In this document: piece after piece, positions 31,390-49,107 of the stretch
Numbering within the stretch: position 1 is the first letter of the stretch
How the letters are laid out: each line of letters starts with the position of its first letter
Origin: the human T2T-CHM13v2.0 reference genome, Homo sapiens
Assembly: GCF_009914755.1 (NCBI RefSeq)
Contig: NC_060942.1
DNA length: 64,000 nt
Strand: one strand, 5' to 3'
Position numbers and translations under genes: made by a program
The notes under the pieces: generated by a model
Told to the model about the DNA's origin: nothing
The model's database searches: none
What the model saw: only the letters and a program-made list of their open reading frames with translations

Positions 31390-32100
31390 AATGTAGAAAC
31401 AACTTAAATGTCCATTGACAGATGAATGGATAAATAAAATGTGATATATACACACAATGGAATAGTATTCAGCCTTAAAGAGAAATGGAATTCTGATACA
31501 TGCTACAACATGACTAAATCCTGAAAACATTATGCTAAGTAAAATAAGCTAGACACAAAATGACAAATACTGCCTTATTCCACTTATTTTGTTTGTTTGT
31601 TTTAGGTATATTTGTTTGTTTTTTCGTTCATTTTTATTTTTGAGACAGGGTCTCACTCTGTCACCCAGGCTGGAGTTCAGTGGCATGATCTCAGCTCATT
31701 GCAACATCTGCCTCCTGTGCTCAAGTGATCCTCCCACCTCAGCCTCCCAGGTACCTGGGACTACAGGCATATGACATCATACCTGGCTTTTTTTTTTTTT
31801 TTTTGTAGAGAGAGGGTTTCACCATGTTGCCCAGGTTGCCTTATTCCACTTATAAGCGGTATCTAAAATAGTCAAACTCATAAAAGCAGAGAGTAAGAGG
31901 TTGCCAAAGGCTCAAAGGGAATGGGAAGTTGTTGTTTAATGGGTGTATGGTTTCAGGTATGTAAGATGAATAAGTTCTAGAGCTCTGCTGTATGAACTTG
32001 TACCTATAGGTAACAAGACCATATTATACACTTAAAAATTTGTTAACAGGGTTGATATCATGTGAAATGTTCTGACCACAATAAAAAATTATAAATCAGA
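31390..32100 (+). mobile_element. L1M 3'UTR fragment with nested Alu
   Basis: 'cagatgaatggataaataaaatgtg...tatacacttaaaaatttgttaa...ccacaataaaaaa'. Confidence 0.85.
31588..31836 (-). mobile_element. 5'-truncated AluJ-like
   Basis: Perfect 17-bp TSD tgccttattccacttat at 31571-31587 and 31837-31853. Confidence 0.92.
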
Positions 32101-32202
32101 TAAATTTATAAACAGTACTATAAGCATGGTCTATTAATGTAAAATAAAACATACCAGAAGGGGTAAAAGTATGAAATCTAATGCTTACAAAAGTGTGAAG
32201 TG

Positions 32203-32638
32203 TGTGAGTGTCGATCATCTGAATTGGGTCATCCTTTTCATACTCAACTAAATTATAGTTAGGGAACCAGGGGAAAAACACTTAGGATACCTAATATTCA
32301 TCTAGAAATGTAATTCTCTAAAGTCAGGAAGCTAAAACTGTTTTAACCTACAACCAATTTTATCTATAGCTACTGAAATAACTTGCTGAAACTCTAAAAC
32401 TAATTTTTGCCAACCACCATTACCCACTAATTGGAACTTGCCAGCTCTCTAGAGCTTTACTATCAAACATTTTCTCAAGACTACACATAACATTTCTCTT
32501 TTTTATAATTCACAAACTTCTCTTTGTTCTTTAGATACACAGATGATGACTTAGTCTGTGTATATGCCCCAAATCACAATTTTTTCATTCCACATAAAAT
32601 GTTAAATTCAAATATTTGTTTCTACATTTTTATATACA
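32203..32638 (+). mobile_element. 5' LTR of the provirus
   Basis: Shares blocks with 46588-47021, e.g. 'ctagaaatgtaattctct', 'ttttatctatagct', 'ataaaatgttaaatt', 'ctacatttttat'. Confidence 0.88.
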
Positions 32639-32656
32639 TGGTGTCAGAAGTGGGAT
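32639..32656 (+). promoter_or_regulatory. Primer binding site, tRNA-Leu type
   Basis: TGGTGTCAGAAGTGGGAT immediately after the LTR. Complementary to the 3' end of tRNA-Leu(CAA) (...ATCCCACTTCTGACACCA). Confidence 0.85.
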
Positions 32657-33855
32657 CCAAAGCTGATTTCCCTTGGGAATAATCACAGGCCCTTGGAACT
32701 ACGGCATGAGGTACCTGCATTGGTTACTTTGAGCCCCTTCCCCCAACTTTCACAGGTTATCTCTTCTCCCCCTGTTGAGTCTCTCTTGGAGAGAACTCCC
32801 AAATTTGGTTTGAGATTTTTTCATATGGGATTCAGTTAGGGAGGGGACTTTTCCTCTCCTGTTTAAAGAAAGTTATTATTTCCTCCTCCCATTTGGAGGA
32901 TCTCCTTTTGGAGAGGGTTATTTTCCTCCTGTTGACCTTGGCTGTGAGGTTTGATACCTTGAGATTTGATGAGGGAATTTTTTCCTTCAGTTGGAGATAG
33001 CTTTTCATGCTTCCTGGTAAGAAAATGCTTTGTTCACTAAAGAGCAAGATGGCTGAATAGTAACTGCTCCAGTCTACAGCTCCCAGCATGAGCGACACAG
33101 AAGACGGGTGATTTCTGCATTTCCAGCTGAGGTACCAGGTTCATCTCACTGGGGCTTGTCGGACAGTGGGTGCAGGACAGTGGGTGCAGCGCACTGAGTA
33201 TGAGCCAAAGCAGGATGAGGCATCACCTCACCTGGGAAGCACAAGGGGTCAGTGAATTCCCTTTCATAGCCAAGCAAAGCTGTGACAGACGGCAACTGGA
33301 AAATAGGGTCACTCCCACCCTAACACTGTGCTTTTCTGATGGTCTTAGCAAATGGTACACCAGGAGATTATATCCCGTGCATGCCTTGGAGGGTGCCACA
33401 CCCATGAAGCCTCACTCGTTGCTAGCACAGCAGTCTGAGATTGAACTGCAAGATGGCAGTGAGGCTGGGGGAGGGGCACCTGCCATTGCTGAGGCTTGAG
33501 TAGGTAAACAAAGTGGCCAGGAAGCTCCAACTGGGTGGAGCCCACTGCAGCGCAAGGATGCCTGCCTGCCTCTGTGGACTCCACCTCTGGGGGCAGGGCA
33601 TAGCTGAACAAAAGGCAGCAGAAACCTCTGCAGACTTAAATGTCCCTGTCTGACAGCTTTGAAAAGAGTACTGGTTCTCCCAGCATGGAGTCTGAGATCT
33701 GAGAACGGACAGACTGCCTCCTCTAGTGGGTCCCTGACCCCCGAGTAGCCTAACTGGGAGGCACCCCCCAGTAGGGGCATACTGACACCTCACACCATGA
33801 TGATGGTGATGTACATCACCATCATCAAAGACCAAAGGTAGATAAAACCACAAAG

Positions 33856-34875
33856 ATGGTGAAAAAACAGAACAGAAACACTGAAAATTCTAAAAATCAG
33901 AGCGCCTCTCCTCCTCCAAAGGAATGCAGCTCCTCACCAGCAATGGAACAAAGCTGGATGGAGAATGACTTTGAAGAGTTGAGAGAAGAAGGCTTCAGAC
34001 AATCAAACTTCTCCGAACTAAAGGAGGAAGTTCAAACCCATGGCAAAGAAGTTAAAAACCTTGAAAAAAGATTAGACAAATGGCTAACTAGAATAACCAA
34101 TGCAAAGAAGTCCTTAAAGGACCTGATGGAGCTGAAAACCATGGCATGAGAACTATGTGACTAATGCAGAAGATTCAATAGCCAATTCAATCAACTGGAA
34201 GAAAGGGTAACAGTGATTGAAGATCAAATGAATGAAATGAAGCAAGAAGAGAAGCGTAGAGAAAAAAGAATGAAAAGAAATGAACAAAGCCTCCAAGAAA
34301 TATGGGACTATGTGAAAAGACCAAATCTACGTCTGATTGGTGTATCTGAAAGTGACAGGGAGAATGGAACCAAGTTGGAAAACACTCTTCAGGATAATAT
34401 CCAGGAGAACTTCCCCAACCTAGCAAGGCAGGCCAACATTCAAATTCAGGAAATAGAGAGAACACCACAAAGATACTCCTCGAGAAGAGCAACTCCAAGA
34501 CACATAATTCTCAGATTCACCAAAGTTGAAATGAAAGAAAAAATATTAAGGGCAGCCAGAGAGAAAGGTCGGGTTATCCACAAAGGGAAGCCCATCAGAC
34601 TAACAGCGAATCTCTCGGCAGAAACTCTACAAGCTAGAAGAGAGTGGGGGCCAATACTCGACATTCTTAAAGAAAAGAATTTTCAACCCAGAATTTCATA
34701 TCCAGCCAAACTAAGCTTCATAAGTGAAGGAGAAATAAAATCCTTTACAGACAAGCAAATGCTGAGAGATTTTGTCACCACCAGGCCTGCCTTACAAGAG
34801 CTCCTGAAGGAAGCACTAAACATGGAAAGGAACAACTGGTACCGCCACTGCAAAAACATGCCAAATTGTAAAGAC
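33856..34875 (+). pseudogene. L1 ORF1p, disrupted
   Basis: MVKKQNRNT... broken by stops near 34147 and 34162. The C-terminal half is in ORF 34213-34887. Confidence 0.92.
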
Positions 34876-34934
34876 CATCGAGGCTAGGAAGAAACTGCAT
34901 CAACTAAGGAGCAAAATAACCAGCTAAAATCATA

Positions 34935-38753
<3,819 letters not shown>

Positions 38754-39094
38754 ACAATGAGAACACTTGGACACAGGAAGGGGAACATCACACACTGGGG
38801 CCTGTTGTGGGGTCGGGGGAGCGGGGTGGGATTGCATTAGGAGATATACCTAATATAAATGACGAGTTAATGGGTGCAGCACACCAACATGGCACAAGTA
38901 TACATACGTAACAAATCTGCACGTTGTGCACATGTACCCTAGGACTTAAAGTATAATAAAATATATATATATATATAAAAGAAAAGAAAGAAAATTCTTT
39001 GTGTTGTCAGTGCTTATATTTTAATTTGGCTTTCTAGTACTCAGCACTTGTATTTGATTGGCCTTTGTGCATTTGGCTTTAAAATTGAATTACG

Positions 39095-40800
<1,706 letters not shown>

Positions 40801-40859
40801 GTTTTGTTTTGATTTTGCTTTTTGCAATCTTCCCTTTTAATCACCTTAACGAGAGTACT

Positions 40860-43800
40860 CTAATTGGCAATGAGGCTCTAACTGTTCTCATAGACATGGG
40901 AGAAACCTTATTAGGACTCAATCCTACCAACCTCAATTAGCCCCTCCCTCAGATTAATAAACATATTCAAATGGAGGGAGTATCTAATAAACCATTGACA
41001 TTCTTTCTGTTCCAGTCGATTACTTCTTACCTTAGACCTATACAGGACACCTATCCTTTTTTACTGTTGGGGTCTGCTCCAGCTCTCTTACTGGGATGAG
41101 TGTTATGCTGTTTCATGTGCCAAAGTCATCTCTGCTGATTTCCAAAATGTCTTATTGGAAGAAAACCTGTCTTTTTATGGGCTACACTGTGAATAAATGT
41201 CAGTAGGATTTATAGTTCGCCCCCAATCAAAATCCAAATTGATCCCACCAAGCCCTTGCCTAATAGTAAATAGTATGCCTTTGGCCAATCTGCCTTACAA
41301 GGGATAAAGCTCATCACTAAAAAATACAAAACTTCCTTAACTTTAATAATTTCTTTTTTTTTTTTTTTGAGACAGAATCTTGCTCTGTAGCCCAGGCTGC
41401 AGTGCAGTGCCACGATCTCGATCTTGGTTCACTTTACGCTCCACCTCCCAGGTTCATGCCATTCCGCTGCCTCAGCCTCCCAAGTAACTGGGACTTCAGG
41501 AGCCTGCCACAACGCCTGGCTAATTTTTTGTATTTTCAGTAGAGATGGGGTTTCACCATGTTAGCCAGGATGGTCTCGATCTCCTGACCTCATGATCCAC
41601 CCGCCTCGGCCTCCCAAAGCGCTGGGATTATAGGCGTGAGCCACCGTGCCCGGCCAAGGCTTAATAATTTCTTGTACCAACCCTTGTGATACTCTCATTC
41701 TCCCAGAAAGAAAATCTAACAGTTAAAGATAGAAATTTTTTCAGTGTCTCCACATCGTAAATAATATTGTTATACCTCATGATCTCCTAGTTTCAAATGC
41801 ACATAATTTGCTGACTTCAGTACCAACTGAGAGTAAGTTTTTCACTATAATTGACCCCTGTCATGCTTTCCTTAGCATCCCTGTTGATTAAGACAGTCAA
41901 TACTTATTTACCTTCACCTAGGAAAAACTACAATATATCTGGACTGTTATGCCTCAAGGCTATGCTGAAAATCTTTCCTACTTCTCCCAATTCTGAAAGC
42001 TGATTTAGATGATGTGGCTTTTTCCCAAGGTTCATTTTCACTATAATATGTAGGTGATTTACTTTGTTTTCCTTGATAGGCAGCCTACAATGAAGATAGT
42101 ATCCATTTATTAAAACTTCTAACCACCAAGGGTCATAAGTTTTCCTAAAAAAAAAAAAAAAAAAGAAAAAAAAAGAAAAAAAAAACCAACTAGTTAAGAC
42201 ATAAGTTATATATCTGAGTCATTTGATTTTTAAAGCAAGACTACATGTTGACCCTAAATAAATGAATACAAGTCCTATAATTCCCTAACCCTAAAACTAA
42301 ATGACAAGTTTAAGAGTTTCTTAGACTTGCCAGAATAGACATTGCCATAATTGGATAAGGACACCTCTTTGACTGCTCGAACTCTACATGCCCTACTTAA
42401 AGCATCTAAATCTGATCCCATTATATGGAGAAAGACATTACATTTATTAAAATTAAAATAAGTTATTTTAAATCCTCCTAACCTGGGTCACCCCAATTAT
42501 CAACTTCCTTTCTTCCTTTTTGTTTATAAACAAAAAGGAAATGTCTTGGGTATCCTAACCCCAAAACATAGAAATCAGCACTGCCCCATTAGATGATCAC
42601 AGGCAGCAACTAGATCCAACAGCTTGAGGATTATTCCCTTACTTTAAAACTATCCTAACTACCACTGTATATGAGATTTCCCTTAACGAGTTTTGCTCCC
42701 CATGCTGTTAAAGCTCTTCTAAATTCACATCCTACTCATCATCTCTCTGCCATTTTCTTACCTCTCAGAACTCCTTTTACTAGCTTCTCACATAACTCTT
42801 TCTTGATGTAATAATCTCAAGCACGCTACTCTCTTACCCCTTCTTTCTGATGAGACCCTCATGATTCTTTGACATTGGTTGATCATCCGTTGACTCCCCA
42901 AAAAGATTTACAAAACCTCCACTAGAGAACTCTGAACTATCGTGGTTTACAGAGGCATCCTATTTAAAAGATGACAACGGCAATTACTGTGCAGGATACG
43001 CAGTTATTACCACTTCCTTTGAAGTTGTTAAAGCAGCCCCCTTACCTATGGCTACTTCCACCCAACAGGCTGAACTTATTGCTCTTGCTCAGGCTTGCCC
43101 CCTTACTAAAGAAAAATCTGCTAATATATATATACAGATACCATGTGTGCCTTTAAAGTTGCTCACAATTTTGAAATCTAATGGAAACAAAAGAGACTTC
43201 TTGCTTCCACTGGAGATCAAATTAAAAATAAACCCTATATTTAAGGGTTACTAGATGCCATCCAGGGACCTGCTGCCTTGGCTATTATCAAAATTCCCGA
43301 ATATTCAAGGTTAGACTCTGTAGAAGCTAAACGAAACAACCTTGCTGAAAATGTTTCAAAAAATGCTGTTATTAAAGGTCCATTTAATCAAAACTCTGTT
43401 ATGGCCCCACTAAAAGAGCCTTCAGAAGGTGATCTAAAAATAATTACCAAAGATAACAAAATTAGACACCAGAACCTAAAAAACAAAATTTTTAAAATCA
43501 TGACTACTGGTTCAATCATTAGACAAACAAAACAAATCCCTGTGATTTGGACCTGATAACAAACGATTTCTCTCGAATCAATGAAATATTCATTGCTAAC
43601 TAAAGTTGAACCATTGGGCAAGTTAACACATTAGTTTCTGGGAGAAAACAATACTGGTTGGATGATATTTTTTAAAAACCTGCAAAGAAATGCCTCTTTG
43701 GTTTGTGCTACCTGCCCTAAATTTAATCCAAGGAAACCTATACATACTAATCCTACACATTTTAATTTACCTAATAGAACTTTCAAGGTTTGGCAAATAG

Positions 43801-44620
43801 ATTTCATCCAGTTACCCACTTCTCATGGATATGAATATGTTCTAGTAATGGTTTGCATGTTCTCCCATTGGTTAGAGGCTTTTTCCTTTAAACAAAACAC
43901 TGTTTCAGTTGTAGCCAAAATTCTTTAAGAAAAAGTTGTTCCCACATGGAGAATTCCTCTTAAACTACATAATAATTGAGAAGCCCATTTTACTGGCCAG
44001 GTAATAAAAACAAGAATGCTCAGTTTGGTCAATTTAACAGCATTTCCATTGTCCCTACCACTGCCAATCATCTGGCATAGCAGAATGAACAAATACAACT
44101 ATAGAAACCCAGTTGGCAAAAGGTGTAGAAACTCTACAATTTCCTTGGCCTAAAGTTCTTCTATTGTATTATTAAATCTAAGGGCCACTCCCTTTGAAGC
44201 TCATAAACTTACCCATTTAAAATAGTCATAGGCCATCCTATGAATTTGGCTCCCTCTGCTTCTGAGCTTCAGTTGATAAAAAGAGACATTTTTTCAGTAT
44301 CATAAATAAATTATTTCAGCAATACATTAAAATCATACAGTGGTAGAACAATCTCTCCACAGCACACTCCCAAAAGACAAAGGCTTAAAAACATCATGGT
44401 CGGCAGCCTGGTGACTTTGTCTACTAGAGAAGATACTATATAAGAATTTTCTCCAGCTTTGCTGGAATGGTCTATATTAATTCCTTCTCACCAATTTCTG
44501 TGCTGTGAAACTAGAGCATTGACTCCTAGATCCACATCTCTTATTCTAAAAAAGCTCTTACTCCTGACTTGACTGGCATCCCAACAGGGTATTTAAAACT
44601 AAAACTCACCCTGAAATAAA
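40860..44620 (+). pseudogene. pol: Proviral pro-pol remnant (protease, RT, RNase H, integrase)
   Basis: LIDMG (decayed DTG) at 40887. WTVMPQGY at 41940. L*YVGDLL (YVDD) at 42041. QQAELIAL in ORF 43048. Integrase CATC...WQIDFIQLP...VCMFSHWLEAF in ORF 43662-43928. Confidence 0.9.
41356..41655 (-). mobile_element. AluY/Sc-like within pol
   Basis: Reverse Alu. TSD about ttaataatttctt on both sides. Confidence 0.93.
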
Positions 44621-46400
44621 ACAGATGGCATCTGTAGTAGACTGCTGTCCCAAGATGCTCAGACTAGGCCACTATACCATTTTCTTTTTATTTTTTTGTC
44701 TCTGATTTTATGCTTACATTTTCCTAAAAAGATAATGCCTAGTCCATTGCCAAAAGGTGAAAGATATATAACTAATTGTTAGATTTGTCACCAAAAACCC
44801 TGATCTGTTTATAATATAATTAAAACTTTAGTCTATTCCACAACAAATTTTACTCATGTTCCTAATGTAACTATTTGTTCAAATTGTATGTCCAGTCCTT
44901 TTTAGAAAATCAAACATTTAGACCCACATGTTCAGATTCTGTTTCCTCCTAGCTGTGCCTGCGGGCCTCAAAAAAGACTTTTAAATTACATTAAAAATTG
45001 TAAAAAACAAAACGACAAGCTATAAAAATATAATATTAATCCATTAATTGTTGATGGTCTCCAATAATGAAATAATTGGGTAACAGAATATTAGATAAAA
45101 ACTGCTGTCAAATCCCTACAATAACTATTTTAGTATACAAAGTACCCAGATAAGATTACTTATTGTGCCCCACCAAAATATTTTTTATTTGCAGGGAATT
45201 ATTAAACAACCATATAAATAGACATCATGCCTCAATAAATAAAAAATAAAAGGCCAATGTGGTTTAAGATATTTCTAGACTTGATTTAAGTTAATAAAAT
45301 CTAAACATTGGTTGAAACCTGTTAACTTACACCACCATACTAAAAAAGATATCCTTCCAAGAGGCATAAATCCAGCCAGATGGGCCTTAGTCATCAGTGC
45401 TTTTGTCCTTTAGAGTTTGTATTAGTCTGTTCTCGCATTCCTATAAAGAAATACCTGAGACCAGGTAATTTATAAAGAAAAGAGGTGTAATTGGCTCAGG
45501 GTTCCACAGGCTGTACAGGAAGCATAATACTGGTATCTGCTCAGCTTCTAGGGAGGCCTCAGGAAACTTGTAATCGTGGCAGATGGCAAAGGGAAAGTTG
45601 CACATCACATGGCTGGAGAAAGAGCAAAGGAGAAAGTGGGGAGGTGCTACACACTTTTAAAAACCAGATCTCCCAATAACTCACTCACTCACTATCACAA
45701 GAATGGCACCAAGAGGATCATGCTAAACCATTCAAAAGAAATTGCCCCCATGATCCAATCACCTCCCACCAGGTCCCACCACTAAGAATGGGAATTACAT
45801 TTGAACATGAGATTTGGTGGGGACATAGATCCAAACAATAGCAGAGTTGGTCACTTAAAAACAATGGTTACAAACCTGTTCTTAATGATTAGATCTATAG
45901 CTGACTCCATAGCTAAGGACAATGCAGCTCAATAAACTTCTCTAGATTATCTTACTAAAGTAGTATTAGATTAAAAAAATGTTCTAGATTACTAACTAGC
46001 TGAACAAGGTGGTGTTTGTTCAGTAGATAACACTACTTTCGATACATAAATAAATTCCTCTGGGAAAGTAGAAACTCAATTATATAAGAGAAAAAAATAA
46101 GCTACTTGGCTTCAGTAAGTCTCATCAGATATGTCTAGACTTTCTGATCTGTTTAGTTAGTTACCTTCAACCCTAGGATCATGGTTGTGAACTATTATTC
46201 ATGGGAGATTTATTATATTGTTGTTGATTATTTTTATATGATGATTTTTAAGCTTCATTGCTATTGATTGTCTAATCTATGTAAAGCCAACTCTTTCAAC
46301 AAGACAATGTTAGCTCAACACTTCAAGATGACTCCTGAAGCCTATAAAACTAATAAAATAGAGCCCAATGCTGGGCTCCATGTAGACCTGCTCTAAAGAA
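44620..46400 (+). pseudogene. env: Proviral env remnant
   Basis: SU 'TNC*ICH' (CWIC) at about 44771-44791. TM immunosuppressive-domain remnant 'LDY*LAEQGGVC' at about 45985-46020, followed by a decayed CX6CC and a hydrophobic anchor at about 46200-46250. Confidence 0.8.
45418..45843 (-). mobile_element. MST (MSTA/B) solo LTR within env
   Basis: 'tgtattagtctgttctcgcatt...caggctgtacaggaagcat'. TSD gagtt at 45413-45417 and 45844-45848. Confidence 0.9.
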
Positions 46401-46587
46401 AGTTTTCCTTTTGGTCTCTTTGTTATTCAAATGTGGCCAAGTCCCTGACATAGACCCCCATACATTTCCCCAAACACGGACAGAAGCAACTGGGACAGAA
46501 TTATCCCAGCATCAAGGGACAATTAAACTTACCTACAAAATGATTAATCAGTGATTTTGGATAAAGATCTTGATCAAAAGGGAAAAA

Positions 46588-47021
46588 TGTGAAAGTTAGT
46601 CATCCAAATTGTGCCATTCTTATCATACCCAATTAAATCAGAGTCATGGGACCAGGGGCAAAAATCACTTGGAGTACATGACATTGCTCTAGAAATGTAA
46701 TTCTCTGCAAGCACAGCCGTTACAACTGCCTGTTATAACCTGAAACCAGTTTTATCTATAGCTGCTGAGATAACTTGCAACTCTTAAGACTAATTCTGCC
46801 ATCACTGTCACACACCACTTGGAGCTCACCATCTCCCCAAAGCTTTGCTAGTACCAATAAACATTCTCTCGGGACCACATATAACATTCCTTATTTTCAT
46901 AAAACCCCCAACCTTCTCTTTGTTCTTCACCTAGTTTGCATATATGCCCCCAATTTTTTCTTCCCAAATAAAATGTTAAATTTAAAGATTCATTTCCTAC
47001 ATTTTTATTTTGACTTTGACA
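46588..47021 (+). mobile_element. 3' LTR of the provirus
   Basis: Follows the PPT, runs tgtgaaag...ctttgaca, AATAAA near 46967. Confidence 0.88.
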
Positions 47022-47081
47022 AGTGTTTGCTTTGGGGAGAAGGTTTGGTGAAGTCAGAGAACTTCTGCCTTTTTCATTATA

Positions 47082-47600
47082 GTCTTTTATTTGTTTTCTA
47101 ATTCTGCTGTAATAAATTACCACAAACTTAGTGGCTTAAAACAACACCCCTTTATGGGTTCATAGTTCCGTAGGTCTTAAGTCTGAGCATTGTGTGACTG
47201 GATTCTCTGCTCAGGATGTCACTGGGCTAAACTCAAGGTTTTGATGAGGCCTACGGCTCTCTCCTGAACTTGGGATCCTCTTTCAAGCTCACTGTGTGTT
47301 GGCAGAATTTATTTCCTTTTGTTTGTGGGACTGAGGCCCTTGTTATCTGTCAGCCGGAACCTGGTTTCAATTTCTATAGGCCACTCACATTCTTCCTTAC
47401 ATACTTTCTCCATCTTCAAGCCAGTGCACTGAATCTTCCTTGTATTTTGAATCTTTACAACTACTTCTTCCTCCACCAGTCAGAGAAAACTCTTTTCTTT
47501 TCAAAGGCCCATCACCATAGTTTCCCTTTTGCCATATAACGTAACACAACCATGAAAGTAACACCAGAGATCATGGTCGTTGAAATCCTCTCCCTCAGAA
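47082..47600 (-). mobile_element. MLT1 (E/F-like) LTR
   Basis: 'gctgtaataaattaccacaaacttagtggcttaaaacaacac' is the reverse MLT1 3' end. Confidence 0.78.
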
Positions 47601-49041
47601 ATTCCTCTGATTTTTTTTATTGTATTACTTTAATAATAAGAATTAATTACAAACAAGAGTCAAAGGAAATGTAATTAAGCAGAGCCAAAGAATTCATCTT
47701 TCAAAAGCCTGCAAAGAGAGTCAGTTACCATGGGATCTACCCAAATGCCACAGAGAGAATGACTTTACTCTGGAACAATAACTACCCTGGTGTTTCTCAG
47801 ATTATTTGCTTAATTTCTTTAAATAAGAATCCTCTTTTCTTGACTTTGTTTAAATATCTGGCAAGTAGGTGAAGGGGTGGAAGGAAGGGCTAGCTTTTCA
47901 TTTATTAATACATAAAGTCAAAACATTTTAAATGATCAAATTAACAGATGAAGTGATAGTAGGTTTAAAAGAAGATTAAACATAGAAGGTCCTGGTCAGA
48001 AGTAGGAAGGATGAAAGGTTAGAGTTTTCATGGGAGAAGCTCACAGAAATTATAACATTAGGGTGTGTCTAGGTCCATGAAGTGAAGTTGGAGGTGCAGC
48101 TTGCTGGAGATGATAAAGTCAAGGATGAGTCATTGTACTGAATACTGAAATTAAGAAAGAACACATGGTAGAAAGAAGGACCAGAACAGAGCAGTACCAT
48201 ATAAGCCAAGGAAGGCAGGAGTCCCATGAAGGAGGGACACGCAGAAGAGGGATTTGTGGAGGAGGAAGACAATAAGGATTATTAAGTGATTTTATTAACA
48301 AATCTCTCAATTCTATTAAATAGGTAAGATATCAAGGTATTTTTTATAATTTTGCAAATAATAAAGGGATGCTCTGAGACTTTAAATAAATCCACTAAGA
48401 TTATACATTTTTAAGTGACAGATCTGGGGCTGCACAAAACCTGATTGATTACAAATCCAGTAGAAAATTAAGGCTACTTTTACTTAAAAGCTCTTTCATC
48501 ACAGATGAGAACACAGGCAGAGGAATAAAAGCTGAGAATCCTTTCTAGAAACACACACAAACAAAACAAATAAACTATTCTAAAAAAATGAGACCCACAC
48601 TGTACATGGCCTTTATCTTCTAATTGAAAGCTGCCTCAATTCATGCTTCTCTAATGAGGTGCGATATAGTCATGCCTGAAATAACTTTGGGTAATGAGAC
48701 AACCTCCATTAATCTACTTATGAAAGAGTCTGTTCATTAATTAGCATGGACAGCATAAAAGCAAAAACAATGACACTCCTGTTCCAGGGTGTCAGCCAGA
48801 ATCCAATTAGAAATTAGTAGCTGAAAAGACTCAAATATTTCCATTTACATTGATACTAGCCTAAAGTACTCAGCCATGGTTATAAATCATTTCACGTATG
48901 AGACAGCTTTGCAGGGTGGGGGATACATGGCAGATTGCATATCAGGGTCCGGGCCAAATTTCAGTCTCCTTTTAAGCTGCCCTAAGAGAAGAGAGTTACC
49001 AGGAGAGTACAACAACTTAAAAATCATCACTTCTTTTCTCT

Positions 49042-49062
49042 TCTCTCTCTCTCTCTCTCTCT

Positions 49063-49106
<44 letters not shown>
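49042..49106. repeat. Compound (CT)n-(CA)n microsatellite
   Basis: Directly visible. Confidence 0.97.

Positions 49107-49107
<1 letters not shown>

Noticed and set aside
32639-32656. tRNA-Leu-like sequence
   Set aside because: Only an 18-nt primer binding site, not a tRNA gene.
33422-33853. 143-aa antisense ORF with a poly-His run in the L1 5'UTR
   Set aside because: The His run is a by-product of the palindromic deletion junction. No evidence of coding function, and I cannot equate it with ORF0.
44620-46400. Possible domesticated env (syncytin/HEMO-like)
   Set aside because: Many stops, decayed CWIC and CX6CC motifs, and an MST LTR insertion.
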